Below, in pieces: positions 17,412-26,891 of a DNA stretch of 64,000 nt. This DNA is from Desulfobulbaceae bacterium (GTDB lineage: Bacteria; Desulfobacterota; Desulfobulbia; Desulfobulbales; Desulfurivibrionaceae): contig DOZO01000041.1 of the NCBI GenBank assembly GCA_003517965.1, forward strand, positions 19,526 to 83,525, read 5' to 3'. Position 1 is the first letter of the stretch. Each line of letters starts with the position of its first letter. The notes beneath the pieces were generated by a model. That model was not told the DNA's origin and searched no databases. It worked only from the letters and a program-made list of their open reading frames with translations. A program made the position numbers and the translations under genes.

Positions 17412-18437
17412 ATGGAACGTTTCGACAGGCAGATAGAGATCGACGGGCGACTGGTCAGTGAGACCTCTCCGGTCTATGTTATTGCCGAGGCCGGGGTGGC
17501 CCATTTCGGAGTAGAAGAGAAGGCCTGTCGGCTGGTGGACCTATCGGTTGAGGCGGGCGCCGATGCGGTAAAATTCCAGATTTTCGACGTTGATGCGTTG
17601 ATCGCCCAGTCCCTGCCGGAATGGCGGGAGCGTCTGAGCTCACGCCGGCTGCCCTATGAGGCCTTCGTGCGGATCCAGGCCTATTGCCGGGAGCGGGGCA
17701 TCACCTTCTTCGCCACCGCCCACGACGAGCCTTCTCTGGAGTTTCTGACCAGCCTTGATGTGCCGGTCTACAAGGTCGGTTCCGGAGAGGTGGGCAACTG
17801 GCCGTACCTGAAGCGGGTGGCCGGTTTGGGGAAGCCGCTGATCTTTTCCACCGGCATGTACCGCCTGGAGCAGGTGGCGGAGGCCTTGGAGGCGGTGGCC
17901 GAAGCGGGCAATCGCCAGGTGGCCGTGCTGCATTGCGTGACTCGCTACCCCACGCCCCCGGAGGAGGTCAGTCTCGGCAACATTGCCCTGCTGCGGGAAA
18001 AATTCAAGGTGCTGGCCGGTTACTCCGACCATACCCACGGCTATCATATCCCCATGGTGGCGGTGGCCTTGGGGGCGCGAATCATCGAGAAACATATCAG
18101 CCTGGATTTCAACGTCCCGGATGCCAACGACTGGAAGGTTTCCTGCGGTCCCCATGATCTGGGGGAATTCATCAGGCAATTGCGTGAGGTGGAAGCGGCG
18201 TTAAGTGTGCGGGAGAGCGGGCCGACGGCGGGAGAACAGGAAAGCCTGGTCTGGGCGGGCAAGAGTCTGGTCGCCGTCCGGGGTCTTCCGGCTGGCACCG
18301 TACTGACCAAGGACGATCTGGCAGCCAAGCGGCCCGGCACCGGCATCTCTCCCGCATTCCTGGACAGCGTAATCGGCAGGACCGTCCTGGTGGATTTGGA
18401 TCGGGACGCCCTCATAACCTGGGAGTCTTTGCAGTGA
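17412..18437 (+). CDS. neuB: NeuB-family nonulosonate synthase #1 (C-terminal SAF domain)
   Basis: YVIAEAGV.H.G, GADAVKFQ, KVGSGE, STGM, LHCVT.YP, GYSDHT, IEKHI, KRPGTGI. Confidence 0.88.
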   Translation: MERFDRQIEIDGRLVSETSPVYVIAEAGVAHFGVEEKACRLVDLSVEAGADAVKFQIFDVDALIAQSLPEWRERLSSRRLPYEAFVRIQAYCRERGITFFATAHDEPSLEFLTSLDVPVYKVGSGEVGNWPYLKRVAGLGKPLIFSTGMYRLEQVAEALEAVAEAGNRQVAVLHCVTRYPTPPEEVSLGNIALLREKFKVLAGYSDHTHGYHIPMVAVALGARIIEKHISLDFNVPDANDWKVSCGPHDLGEFIRQLREVEAALSVRESGPTAGEQESLVWAGKSLVAVRGLPAGTVLTKDDLAAKRPGTGISPAFLDSVIGRTVLVDLDRDALITWESLQ

Positions 18438-19594
18438 AAAAGCGCAAAATTTGCGTGGTGATCACCACGCGCGGCAACTACGCCAAGATGAAATCGGTGA
18501 TGGCCGCCATCCAGGCCGCGCCCGACCTGGAACTGCAGCTGATCCTGGGCGGCATGGTAGTCCTGGAAAAATACGGCCGCATTCTCAACAATCTGGAAGG
18601 GCAGCAGCTGCCGGTTTCGCGGACCATCCATTTCGTGATCGAGGGTGAGAGCCTGGTAACCATGGCTAAATCGGCCGGTCTGGCAGTTACCGAGTTCGCC
18701 ACCGCCTTCGAAGACCTCAAGCCGGATGTCGTGCTGGTGATTGCCGATCGCTTCGAGTGTCTGCCCATCGCCATGGCGGCGGCCTACATGAACATCGCCG
18801 TGGCACACGTGGAAGGCGGTGAGGTCTCCGGTTCCATCGACGAGAGCATCCGCCATGCCATCAGTAAACTGGCGCACCTGCATTTTCCGGCCTCGCAAGA
18901 GGCGGCCGCGCGCATCGAGCGGATGGGCGAAGACCCGGACACCGTCTTCCTGGTGGGCGGCACAAGTATGGATGTCATCCGGCAGCTCGCTCTTACCGAA
19001 CTTGAGCCGTTGCGCGATTACATGCGTAATTACGGCATGGGGCCGCTCATTAAGTTGAATGCCGGCGAGTATCTGGTGTTGATCCAGCACCCGGTAACCA
19101 CCGAGTATGAGGCTAATCTCAGCCATATCCGCGAAACCATCGCGGCCTTGCAGGAACTGGCCATCCCCACCGTCTGGGTGCTGCCCAATATGGATGCCGG
19201 CTCGGACGGGATCAACAAGGGAATCCGAATCTTCCGGGAGAACGAAAAGCCGGATTTCATCCATTTTTTCAAGAGCCTGCCGATTGAGTTGTACGCGCCG
19301 CTGATGAAGAATGGTGCCTGTATCCTGGGTAATTCTTCCAGCGGTATCCGCGAATCCGCCTTTCTCGGCACCCCGAGCGTCAACATCGGTTCCCGCCAGC
19401 ATGGCCGTGAGCGCGGGGGCAACGTGGTGGATGTTGATTATGATCGCTGTCAGATCGTGGCGGCGGTCAAGGCCCAGATTGCCCGTGGTCGCTATGCCCC
19501 GGATCATGTCTATGGCGATGGCTTTGCCGCGGGAAAAATTGTCGATGTGCTGCGTTCGGCCGATTTCAAGATTCAGAAAACCATTACTTATTGA
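18434..19594 (+). CDS. neuC: Hydrolysing UDP-GlcNAc 2-epimerase (NeuC family)
   Basis: ICVV.T.R, DRFE, H.EGGE.SG.IDE..RHAISKLAH.HF, QHPVTTE, PN.DAG, GNSSSGI.E, NIG.RQ.GR, YGDG. Confidence 0.92.
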   Translation: MKKRKICVVITTRGNYAKMKSVMAAIQAAPDLELQLILGGMVVLEKYGRILNNLEGQQLPVSRTIHFVIEGESLVTMAKSAGLAVTEFATAFEDLKPDVVLVIADRFECLPIAMAAAYMNIAVAHVEGGEVSGSIDESIRHAISKLAHLHFPASQEAAARIERMGEDPDTVFLVGGTSMDVIRQLALTELEPLRDYMRNYGMGPLIKLNAGEYLVLIQHPVTTEYEANLSHIRETIAALQELAIPTVWVLPNMDAGSDGINKGIRIFRENEKPDFIHFFKSLPIELYAPLMKNGACILGNSSSGIRESAFLGTPSVNIGSRQHGRERGGNVVDVDYDRCQIVAAVKAQIARGRYAPDHVYGDGFAAGKIVDVLRSADFKIQKTITY

Positions 19595-20604
19595 TGCGGA
19601 AGTTCATGAAACCCGTCGCCCTCTATTACCGAATGCTCAAGTACCAGCCTGAAAATCTGGCCCGCCTGGAACGGGAATTCGAACTTGAAATACTTGATAC
19701 CCCGGCCCAGGATACCACGGAATTGTTGGGCCGGGTGGATGTGCTGTTCGCCCCCTTGGGATATATGGTTGATCAGGTCAAGATTGACGCCTGCCCGAAT
19801 TTGAAGGCGATTGTCTCCAATACAACCGGTCATCCCCATATTGACGTGGAGTATGCGCGGTCAAAGGGCATCTATGTGGCCTGCCTCAAGTTCGCCCAGG
19901 ATTTCCTGGGCAGCATCACCCCCACCGCCGAGCTGACCTGGGGCTTGATCATCGCCTTGACCCGCAACCTCTGGCCGGCCTGTCGCTCCGTGCTGGCTGG
20001 GCAATGGGATCGTCGACCCTTCGGCAGCCCGTCAATGCTTTCACGCTTGAGCCTGGGGATAATCGGACATGGTCGCCTGGGTACGCTGGTGGCCCGTTAC
20101 GGCAGGGCGTTTGGCATGACTGTCCGTTATTACGACCCATATGTGGCCTCCTCGTCGGAAGGGGCGGAACGGATGGAAAGCCTCATCGATCTGGTATCGT
20201 CCAGCAATGTGGTGACCCTGCACGTGCCGCACGAGAAGGAGACCGAGGGTATGGTCAGCCGGGAACTCCTGGCTGCCTTCAAGCCCGGTTCTTATCTGAT
20301 CAACACCGCGCGGGGCGAGTTGCTTGACTGGGGCGCGCTGTTAGATGCAATGCAATCCGGGCATCTGGCCGGGGCGGCGCTGGACGTCTTCGAGGGGGAG
20401 TTTGTGCCGGGCTTTGCTGAGCAGTTTCCCGAGCATCCGGTATTGCGCTACGCCCGTGAGCACGACAACCTCATCTTTACTCCCCATATTGGCGGTTCGA
20501 CCGTCGATGCCTGGCGGCTGACCGAGGCCCACGCCATTGAGATGGCACTGGCGCATCTGCGAGGCACCGGCAGGTTGCCCTCTGCCGAAACTTCAACCCT
20601 CTGA
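19594..20604 (+). CDS. D-isomer-specific 2-hydroxyacid dehydrogenase family protein
   Basis: TTG..HID, TAE..WGL, GIIG.GRLG, LINTARGE, GAALDV, TPHIGG.T. Start may be 19606. Confidence 0.85.
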   Translation: MRKFMKPVALYYRMLKYQPENLARLEREFELEILDTPAQDTTELLGRVDVLFAPLGYMVDQVKIDACPNLKAIVSNTTGHPHIDVEYARSKGIYVACLKFAQDFLGSITPTAELTWGLIIALTRNLWPACRSVLAGQWDRRPFGSPSMLSRLSLGIIGHGRLGTLVARYGRAFGMTVRYYDPYVASSSEGAERMESLIDLVSSSNVVTLHVPHEKETEGMVSRELLAAFKPGSYLINTARGELLDWGALLDAMQSGHLAGAALDVFEGEFVPGFAEQFPEHPVLRYAREHDNLIFTPHIGGSTVDAWRLTEAHAIEMALAHLRGTGRLPSAETSTL

Positions 20605-20616
20605 GACGATTCGAGA

Positions 20617-21378
20617 ATGACCTTGCCAGCCGGTATTACCATCGACGATGACCAGGCCATCGGGCTGATCCCCGCCCGGGGCGGCTCCAAGAGCATTCCC
20701 TTGAAGAATCTGGCTCCGGTTGCCGGCCGCCCCATGATTACCTACGTGATGGCGGCCGGTTTGAAAGCGGCGACCCTCAGTCGGGTTTACTGCTCCACCG
20801 ACCATCCTGCGATTGCCCAGGTCTGCCGGGAGGGCGGGGTGGAGGTTCTGGACCGGCCAGCGCATCTGGGCGAAGATGATACGCCCGTCATTGCAGTGGT
20901 GCGGCAGGTTCTGGAGACTGTGGCGCAGAGAGATGGGCGGATGCCGGGCCTGGTGGCGCTTTTGCAGCCAACCTCGCCTTTCTTGCTGGCCGAACATATC
21001 AATGCCTGCGTGCAGGCATTGCGGCAGCAGCCAGCCGCCGACTCGTCCCAGACCATCACGCCGGTCTTCCATAATGCCCACGCCTTTAACCAGAGGGTGG
21101 TGGAGGGCGGGCTGGTCCGCTTCCGCTTTCCGGAGGAGCGGGCCGCGGCTTACAACAAACAGCGCAAGCCCAAGCACTACGTTTTCGGCAACCTGGTGGT
21201 GACCCGCAGCCGGGCGATTTTCGAGGGCAAGGATTGTTTCGGGGCCGTCTCGGTGCCGGTGGAAATTTCGCGAGTCTATTCCCTGGATGTCGATACCGCA
21301 GAAGACCTTGATTATGCAGATTATATTGTTGCTTCCGGAAAAGTGTCGTTCCCCGGCCAGTCTCGGCAGATGATTTGA
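20617..21378 (+). CDS. neuA: NeuA-family acylneuraminate cytidylyltransferase
   Basis: IPARGGSKSIPLKN, STD, RP..L..D, LLQPTSPF, DVDT.ED. Confidence 0.9.
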   Translation: MTLPAGITIDDDQAIGLIPARGGSKSIPLKNLAPVAGRPMITYVMAAGLKAATLSRVYCSTDHPAIAQVCREGGVEVLDRPAHLGEDDTPVIAVVRQVLETVAQRDGRMPGLVALLQPTSPFLLAEHINACVQALRQQPAADSSQTITPVFHNAHAFNQRVVEGGLVRFRFPEERAAAYNKQRKPKHYVFGNLVVTRSRAIFEGKDCFGAVSVPVEISRVYSLDVDTAEDLDYADYIVASGKVSFPGQSRQMI

Positions 21379-21440
21379 AGCAGGGTTTTTCGGGAACAAC
21401 CGCTGTTCCTGCGGGTAACTTTTTTCAAAGGTCAATTGCC

Positions 21441-22775
21441 ATGGACGTAATAGGAAGTAATCGGGCGGAATCAACGAAAGTGGTCGCCGTTGTCATTCCT
21501 TCCGATATTGTGGCGAGAAAATTCGTTAACAGTGGTGCCCTCAATGTTCTTGAAAGGCAAACCAGGGTGGTTTTTCTGGCCAGCAGGGATGTGACCGTTG
21601 CTTTGCCGGGTGAAAGTGTTGTCGTTGATTTGAAGTTTATGGAGTCAGCTTTTGCCAGGCGGCTTGATCTGCTCTTCTGGTATCATTCGTTTTATGTCTA
21701 TTTGAAAAGAAACGGGCTTGAATATCGCAATACTATTAAAGCGTTGAGCATGAAATTGATGGTGCGCCGCCTGCACGAGGTGCTCTCTATGCCGATTCTT
21801 TCTTTGGTCGTCGATAAGCTGGATGAATGGTATTTTGCCCAGGATGAAAATGCCAGAGCTGCTTTGGCGACAATCAAACCTGACCTGCTGGTCACGGCAG
21901 GGTCGGCCCTTGATTCCTATTCCCATATAGTTTTAAAAACTGCCAGCAAACTGAAAATTCCCACATTGATGGTTATTTCGCATTGGGACTACTTCAGCAA
22001 AAAGGGGCTACTGAGATTCAAGCCGGACAAGGTATATGTCTGGGGCGACGACATGAAAAATTCGGCCATCAAATTCAACGAGGTGTCTGAAGCAGATGTG
22101 ATGGTGGTTGGGGCTCCGCAGTTTCAAAAATACCTTGCCGGCATGCCGGAAAAGAATGCGGCCAAGGATGAGCTCGGGTTGGATGCAGAGAAAAACTGGT
22201 TGCTGTTTCCCGGTTCGGGCATCCCCTACGACGAGCTCTCTGTCCTCAAGCGCTTAAGTGAATTGCTGGTCAGGTCGAACCGGAGTGATATCGGCATCAT
22301 CTACCGGCCACATCCCAGGGCCTGGGCCAGAAAAACCAAAGAGAAAATCAACCTGGAAGATCTGAAAAATGTGGTGATTGATAAACCGCAGCAGGGGGAG
22401 GGGCAGTCCGAAGCACATTACCAGAAACTAATTTCGGCATCCGAAGGAATTGTCTCGCCGTACTCCACCATGATCCTGGAAGGCGCACTCTGTGGATTGC
22501 CTGCCCTGTGTGTCTGTTTTTCGGATAACCTAAATATTTGGGATTTCGCCCAAGCGGAAGCCCAGGAGCATATTTGGCCCCTGCTTGAGCGGGATTGGGT
22601 CTTCTCCTGTTCAAGAAGCGAGGATCTGGAGGTGGTTTTTCTTAAATTTCTCGAAAAGATCTTCGATCCCCAGTTCAGGGTAGCCGTGAGAGGTCAGGTA
22701 AGATCCACGGTTTACTTTGATGAGAATACCTTTGCTGAAAGACTGTATGAACATATCGAGCGCGATTTTTTGTAG
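21441..22775 (+). CDS. Putative GT-B ulosonate transferase / CDP-glycerophosphotransferase-like protein
   Basis: SHWD...K, VWG..MK, VGAPQF, YRPHP, STM.LE....G.P. Lower GC than the preceding genes. Confidence 0.55.
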   Translation: MDVIGSNRAESTKVVAVVIPSDIVARKFVNSGALNVLERQTRVVFLASRDVTVALPGESVVVDLKFMESAFARRLDLLFWYHSFYVYLKRNGLEYRNTIKALSMKLMVRRLHEVLSMPILSLVVDKLDEWYFAQDENARAALATIKPDLLVTAGSALDSYSHIVLKTASKLKIPTLMVISHWDYFSKKGLLRFKPDKVYVWGDDMKNSAIKFNEVSEADVMVVGAPQFQKYLAGMPEKNAAKDELGLDAEKNWLLFPGSGIPYDELSVLKRLSELLVRSNRSDIGIIYRPHPRAWARKTKEKINLEDLKNVVIDKPQQGEGQSEAHYQKLISASEGIVSPYSTMILEGALCGLPALCVCFSDNLNIWDFAQAEAQEHIWPLLERDWVFSCSRSEDLEVVFLKFLEKIFDPQFRVAVRGQVRSTVYFDENTFAERLYEHIERDFL

Positions 22776-22884
22776 GACGGCCCGGATTGCGGGGCGCTGA
22801 CATTTACACATCCAACGACTGGCCAGTGAACTGTCGAATGGTTCGACAGGCGCGGGGCATCTCGGTAGTCAAGGAGTCGGTGAG

Positions 22885-23754
22885 TTGAAACTTGCCCTTG
22901 GTACCGTTCAATTTGGTCTACCCTATGGTATCGCCAATCAATCCGGCCAGGTCTCCCTTGCAGAAGCCAGGGAGATCCTGAAAGTGGCTGGGGCCAGTGG
23001 TATGACTATGCTTGATACCGCCGTGGTTTATGGCGAAAGTGAGCAGAGGCTTGGGGAAATTGGAGTGCAGGGCTGGCAGATTGTTTCGAAGTTGCCATCC
23101 ATCCCCGAGGGCTGTATTGATTACAGTCGATGGATTGCCGAAGCAGTTGATGGATCCTTGCAGCGGCTTAAAGTTAAAAGTCTTTACGGCCTGTTACTGC
23201 ACCGCCCGCAGCAACTTCTGGAAAGGTGCGGCGATCAGCTTTATCGCGTATTACAGCAACTCAAGCAAGATGGACTGGTTCAAAAAGTAGGCATTTCGAT
23301 CTATGATCCTTCAGAGCTCGACACCCTTTGTGGTCGTTTCCAGTTCGATCTTGTCCAGGCACCGTTTAATGTCTTGGATCGGCGTCTTATCGAGACAGGC
23401 TGGTTGACCAGGTTGGCAGAGCATGGCACCGAATTGCATGTGCGTTCGATCTTCCTCCAGGGGCTGCTTTTAATGCACCCGACTGGTCGTGACAAGAGAT
23501 TTGCTTGTTGGGGGGATCTTTGGTCCGATTGGGATAATTGGTTAAGCAATAATCGACTTACGCCTTTGCAGGCGTGTCTCCGGTATGTCTTGTCATTTCC
23601 ACAAATTAGCAAGGTTGTCGTTGGTGTCGATAGCATGTCGCAGTTACAGGAGATACTGGCAGCCGCAGCAGGCGTTATGCCGAAAATTCCGGAAGAACTA
23701 AGTAGTGGTGACATTAATCTTGTTAACCCGGCAAATTGGTCTGCACTGATTTGA
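22885..23754 (+). CDS. Aldo/keto reductase
   Basis: LALGTVQFG..YGI.N, LDTA..YG.SE, LLLH, G.S.Y, Q.P.N..D.R, RS.FLQGLL. Confidence 0.88.
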   Translation: MKLALGTVQFGLPYGIANQSGQVSLAEAREILKVAGASGMTMLDTAVVYGESEQRLGEIGVQGWQIVSKLPSIPEGCIDYSRWIAEAVDGSLQRLKVKSLYGLLLHRPQQLLERCGDQLYRVLQQLKQDGLVQKVGISIYDPSELDTLCGRFQFDLVQAPFNVLDRRLIETGWLTRLAEHGTELHVRSIFLQGLLLMHPTGRDKRFACWGDLWSDWDNWLSNNRLTPLQACLRYVLSFPQISKVVVGVDSMSQLQEILAAAAGVMPKIPEELSSGDINLVNPANWSALI

Positions 23755-23804
23755 TCCGGGATTTTAATTTGCAAATTTAAAAAATAACAGCCAAGGAAAC
23801 GAAC

Positions 23805-24806
23805 ATGTCGATTGAAATCATCGCCGAATTAGCTCAGGGCTTTGAAGGTCGCCCTGAACAGGCGCGCTTGCTGATGAAGGCTGCGACAACTGCGGGTGCG
23901 GATGCCGTAAAATATCAACTGGTATATGCTGATGAGTTGGCTACCCCGGATTATAAATACTACGAATTGTTCCGTTCTTTGGAAATGGCGGATGAAGTTT
24001 GGGTAGAACTGGCTGAGTATGCGCGGGAGTTGGGCGTTCGGCTGCACCTGGACGTTTTCGGGACGAGTAGTCTTCAATTGGCGGAGCGTCTTGAAGTGGC
24101 CGCGGTCAAGATCCATGGCACTGATCTTACCAACATCGGTCTTCTCTCCGATGTCGCAAGAAGTTCGGTGCCAAGAGTATTGTTGGGAGCTGGTGGTGGT
24201 CATGCCAATGAAATTCGACAAGCAATTAATATCTTAGCGGATAAACAGATTGTTGTCCTGCTGGGTTTTCAGGGCTATCCTACTCCTGATGAGTCCAATC
24301 AAATCGCACGAACCCGATTAGTTATCAAGAGCCTCGGGGACACTCATCAGAATGTTGTTGTTGGATTTGCCGATCATGCTCGGCCAGAGAGCCCGTTGCG
24401 TTACGCTTTGGCAGCAACGGCGATTGGCGCTGGGGCAACTGTTTTTGAAAAACATCTGACCCTTGGCAAGGTCATGAAGCTTGAAGACCACGAATCGGCT
24501 CTGAATCCTGATGAATTTTTAGAGTTTTCGCAAATTATACGGCACTGCTCAGATGCATTAGGGGAAGCGAAAGATACGGAAGATTTTGGGATGAGTGAAG
24601 TCGAAAAAGGTTATCGAAAAATGATTCGTCGCCATGTTGTAACAAGTCGTGATCTGAAAAAAGGTTCAATAATTGCTCCGACTGATATAGTACTGAAGCG
24701 TAGTTCGGCAGAGAATGTGTTGACTGATTTGGATCTAGCCTACGACAAAACGCTTAATTGCGATCTTAAAAAAAATATGCCAATAGCTACCAACGACATT
24801 ATTTAA
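23805..24806 (+). CDS. Divergent NeuB-family synthase #2
   Basis: IIAELAQGFEG, GADAVKYQ, YPT, GFADH, FEKHLT, C-terminal SAF-like region. Lacks the canonical NH.G and KI.S motifs. Confidence 0.75.
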   Translation: MSIEIIAELAQGFEGRPEQARLLMKAATTAGADAVKYQLVYADELATPDYKYYELFRSLEMADEVWVELAEYARELGVRLHLDVFGTSSLQLAERLEVAAVKIHGTDLTNIGLLSDVARSSVPRVLLGAGGGHANEIRQAINILADKQIVVLLGFQGYPTPDESNQIARTRLVIKSLGDTHQNVVVGFADHARPESPLRYALAATAIGAGATVFEKHLTLGKVMKLEDHESALNPDEFLEFSQIIRHCSDALGEAKDTEDFGMSEVEKGYRKMIRRHVVTSRDLKKGSIIAPTDIVLKRSSAENVLTDLDLAYDKTLNCDLKKNMPIATNDII

Positions 24807-24820
24807 AGAAAGGAGCTGAA

Positions 24821-25591
24821 GTGAAAAGAAAGCTTGTTGCCGCTCTTGCCTGCCGAAATCAAGGTTCTCGTCTTTATGGGAAACCTCTGCAAAATTTGGA
24901 GGTGGCCAAAGGGATTCGGATAATAGACAACATCATTGGTTGCTTGAAAGCCATTAATTGCATTGACGAGATTGTTCTCGGGATTTCTGAGGGTGTAGAA
25001 AATGAGATTTTTAAGCGTATCGCCGAAGAACAGGGGCTCAAATATATTGTTGGTGACCAGATTGACGTTTTGTCGCGACTCGTTAAATGCGGCCAGGTTT
25101 CCGAAGCTACTGATATTTTTAGGGTTACCAGTGAATCGCCATTTCTTTATTTTGAATCAGTAGAGGATCTCTGGCTGCGCCATCAAAATGAGCAAGCAGA
25201 TGTTACTTTTATGTGGAACATTATTGATGGTTCAGGTTTTGAATTTTATACGTTTGAGGCGCTTAAAGCGTCTCATGATCGAGGTTCAGCTAAGCATAGA
25301 TCTGAACTTTGTTCGCTTTATGTCCGAGAGCACCCTGAGGAGTTTAAGGTTATTAAATCAGATCCACCTCAAGAATTAATCAGAAAAGATTTGAGATTGA
25401 CCGTCGATTATCCAGAGGATCTTGTTGTCTGTCGGGCTGTTTATTTAGCATTACAAGATCAGGCCCCCCAAATAAGGGTTTCGGAAATCGTCAAATATCT
25501 TGATGCCCATCCTAAATTGGTAGAGTTAATTGCGCCGTACACAGAAGTTGGATATTCGACCATGGATCTTTGGGGAAGTCAGAATGGGTAA
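24821..25591 (+). CDS. SpsF-like cytidylyltransferase
   Basis: ACR..GSRL.GKPL, G...DVL.R, R.T...PF, G...E, RLTVDYPEDL. Confidence 0.82.
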   Translation: MKRKLVAALACRNQGSRLYGKPLQNLEVAKGIRIIDNIIGCLKAINCIDEIVLGISEGVENEIFKRIAEEQGLKYIVGDQIDVLSRLVKCGQVSEATDIFRVTSESPFLYFESVEDLWLRHQNEQADVTFMWNIIDGSGFEFYTFEALKASHDRGSAKHRSELCSLYVREHPEEFKVIKSDPPQELIRKDLRLTVDYPEDLVVCRAVYLALQDQAPQIRVSEIVKYLDAHPKLVELIAPYTEVGYSTMDLWGSQNG

Positions 25592-26891
25592 TGCCGGCCA
25601 GAAACTCTGGCAACGCGCCAAGCAAGTCATACCTGGCGGTAATATGTTGCTTTCCAAACGTGCCGAAATGTTTCTGCCTGAGCAGTGGCCCGCCTACTTT
25701 AGCAGGGCCAAGGGGTGCAAAGTTTGGGATTTGGATGGCAATGAGTTCATCGACATGTCTATCATGGGGATCGGCACCAATATTTTGGGCTACGGCCATC
25801 CCGAGGTGGATGAGGCAGTTCGTAAAACCATCGACGCCGGGAATATGTCTACCCTCAACTGCCCTGAAGAGGTTTATCTGGCTGAAAAGCTTATTGAACT
25901 GCATCCATGGGCCGACATGGCTCGTTTGGCCCGTTCGGGTGGCGAGGCCAATGCCATCGCTATTCGCATTGCTCGTGCCGCCACTGGTAAGGACAAGGTC
26001 GCTATCTGTGGTTACCATGGCTGGCACGATTGGTATCTCGCCGCCAATTTAGGCGATGAGAAAAATCTCGCAGGTCACTTGCTGCCGGGCTTGGAGCCTA
26101 ACGGTGTGCCGCTAAACCTGCGTGGTACCGTTTTCCCTTTCGCCTACAACAATTTCGCCGAGTTGGAAGCCTTGGTTATGGCGCACGATATTGGCGTGAT
26201 TAAAATGGAAGTGGCGCGCAACCATGGCCCGCAAGAAAACTTTTTGCACAAGGTGCGCCAGCTTGCTTCCGCGCACGGTATTGTACTGATTTTTGACGAG
26301 TGTACTTCCGGTTTTCGTCAAACCTTTGGCGGACTTCACAAGGAATATGGTGTTGAACCAGACATGGCTATGTTCGGCAAGGCCTTGGGTAATGGCTATG
26401 CTATTACGGCTACCATCGGTCGGCGTGAAATCATGGAAGCCGCGCAGACCACCTTTATCAGTAGTACCTTTTGGACCGAAAGGATTGGCCCGACTGCGGC
26501 GCTGAAGACATTGGAAGTGATGGAACGTGTGAAAGCCTGGGAGCAGATCACCAATGTTGGTCGGGAAATCACTGCGGGTTGGCAAGAGTTGGCGAAAAAA
26601 CATGAACTATCTATTGCTACCAGTGGTCTGTCGGCGCTGACCGGATTTTCATTCGTCAGCCCAAACGCGCTGTTTTACAAAACTCTCATAACGCAGGAAA
26701 TGTTGGGCAAAGGCTATCTTGCCGGTACCAGCGTTTATGTCTGCACTGAGCACACTCCAGATTTGGTGGCAGGCTTCTTTGAAGCTCTCGATCCTGTGTT
26801 TGCACTCATTAAGGAATGTGAACAAGGACGCGATGTGCTGGGCTTGCTCAAAGGACCGGTGTGTCATGCTGGGTTTAAGAGGTTGAATTAA
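25584..26891 (+). CDS. Class III (GSA-aminomutase-like) PLP aminotransferase
   Basis: AKQVIPGG, AKG..VWDLDGN..ID, SGGEAN, GYHGWHDW, LIFDE..SGFR, PD.A.FGKALGNG. Confidence 0.88.
   Translation: MGNAGQKLWQRAKQVIPGGNMLLSKRAEMFLPEQWPAYFSRAKGCKVWDLDGNEFIDMSIMGIGTNILGYGHPEVDEAVRKTIDAGNMSTLNCPEEVYLAEKLIELHPWADMARLARSGGEANAIAIRIARAATGKDKVAICGYHGWHDWYLAANLGDEKNLAGHLLPGLEPNGVPLNLRGTVFPFAYNNFAELEALVMAHDIGVIKMEVARNHGPQENFLHKVRQLASAHGIVLIFDECTSGFRQTFGGLHKEYGVEPDMAMFGKALGNGYAITATIGRREIMEAAQTTFISSTFWTERIGPTAALKTLEVMERVKAWEQITNVGREITAGWQELAKKHELSIATSGLSALTGFSFVSPNALFYKTLITQEMLGKGYLAGTSVYVCTEHTPDLVAGFFEALDPVFALIKECEQGRDVLGLLKGPVCHAGFKRLN

Noticed and set aside
18044-19507. 487-aa minus-strand ORF and other long antisense ORFs (e.g. 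15295-16104, 20593-21474, 42046-42924, 52616-53374, 60966-61781)
   Set aside because: They are shadows of well-supported plus-strand genes and show no recognisable motifs.
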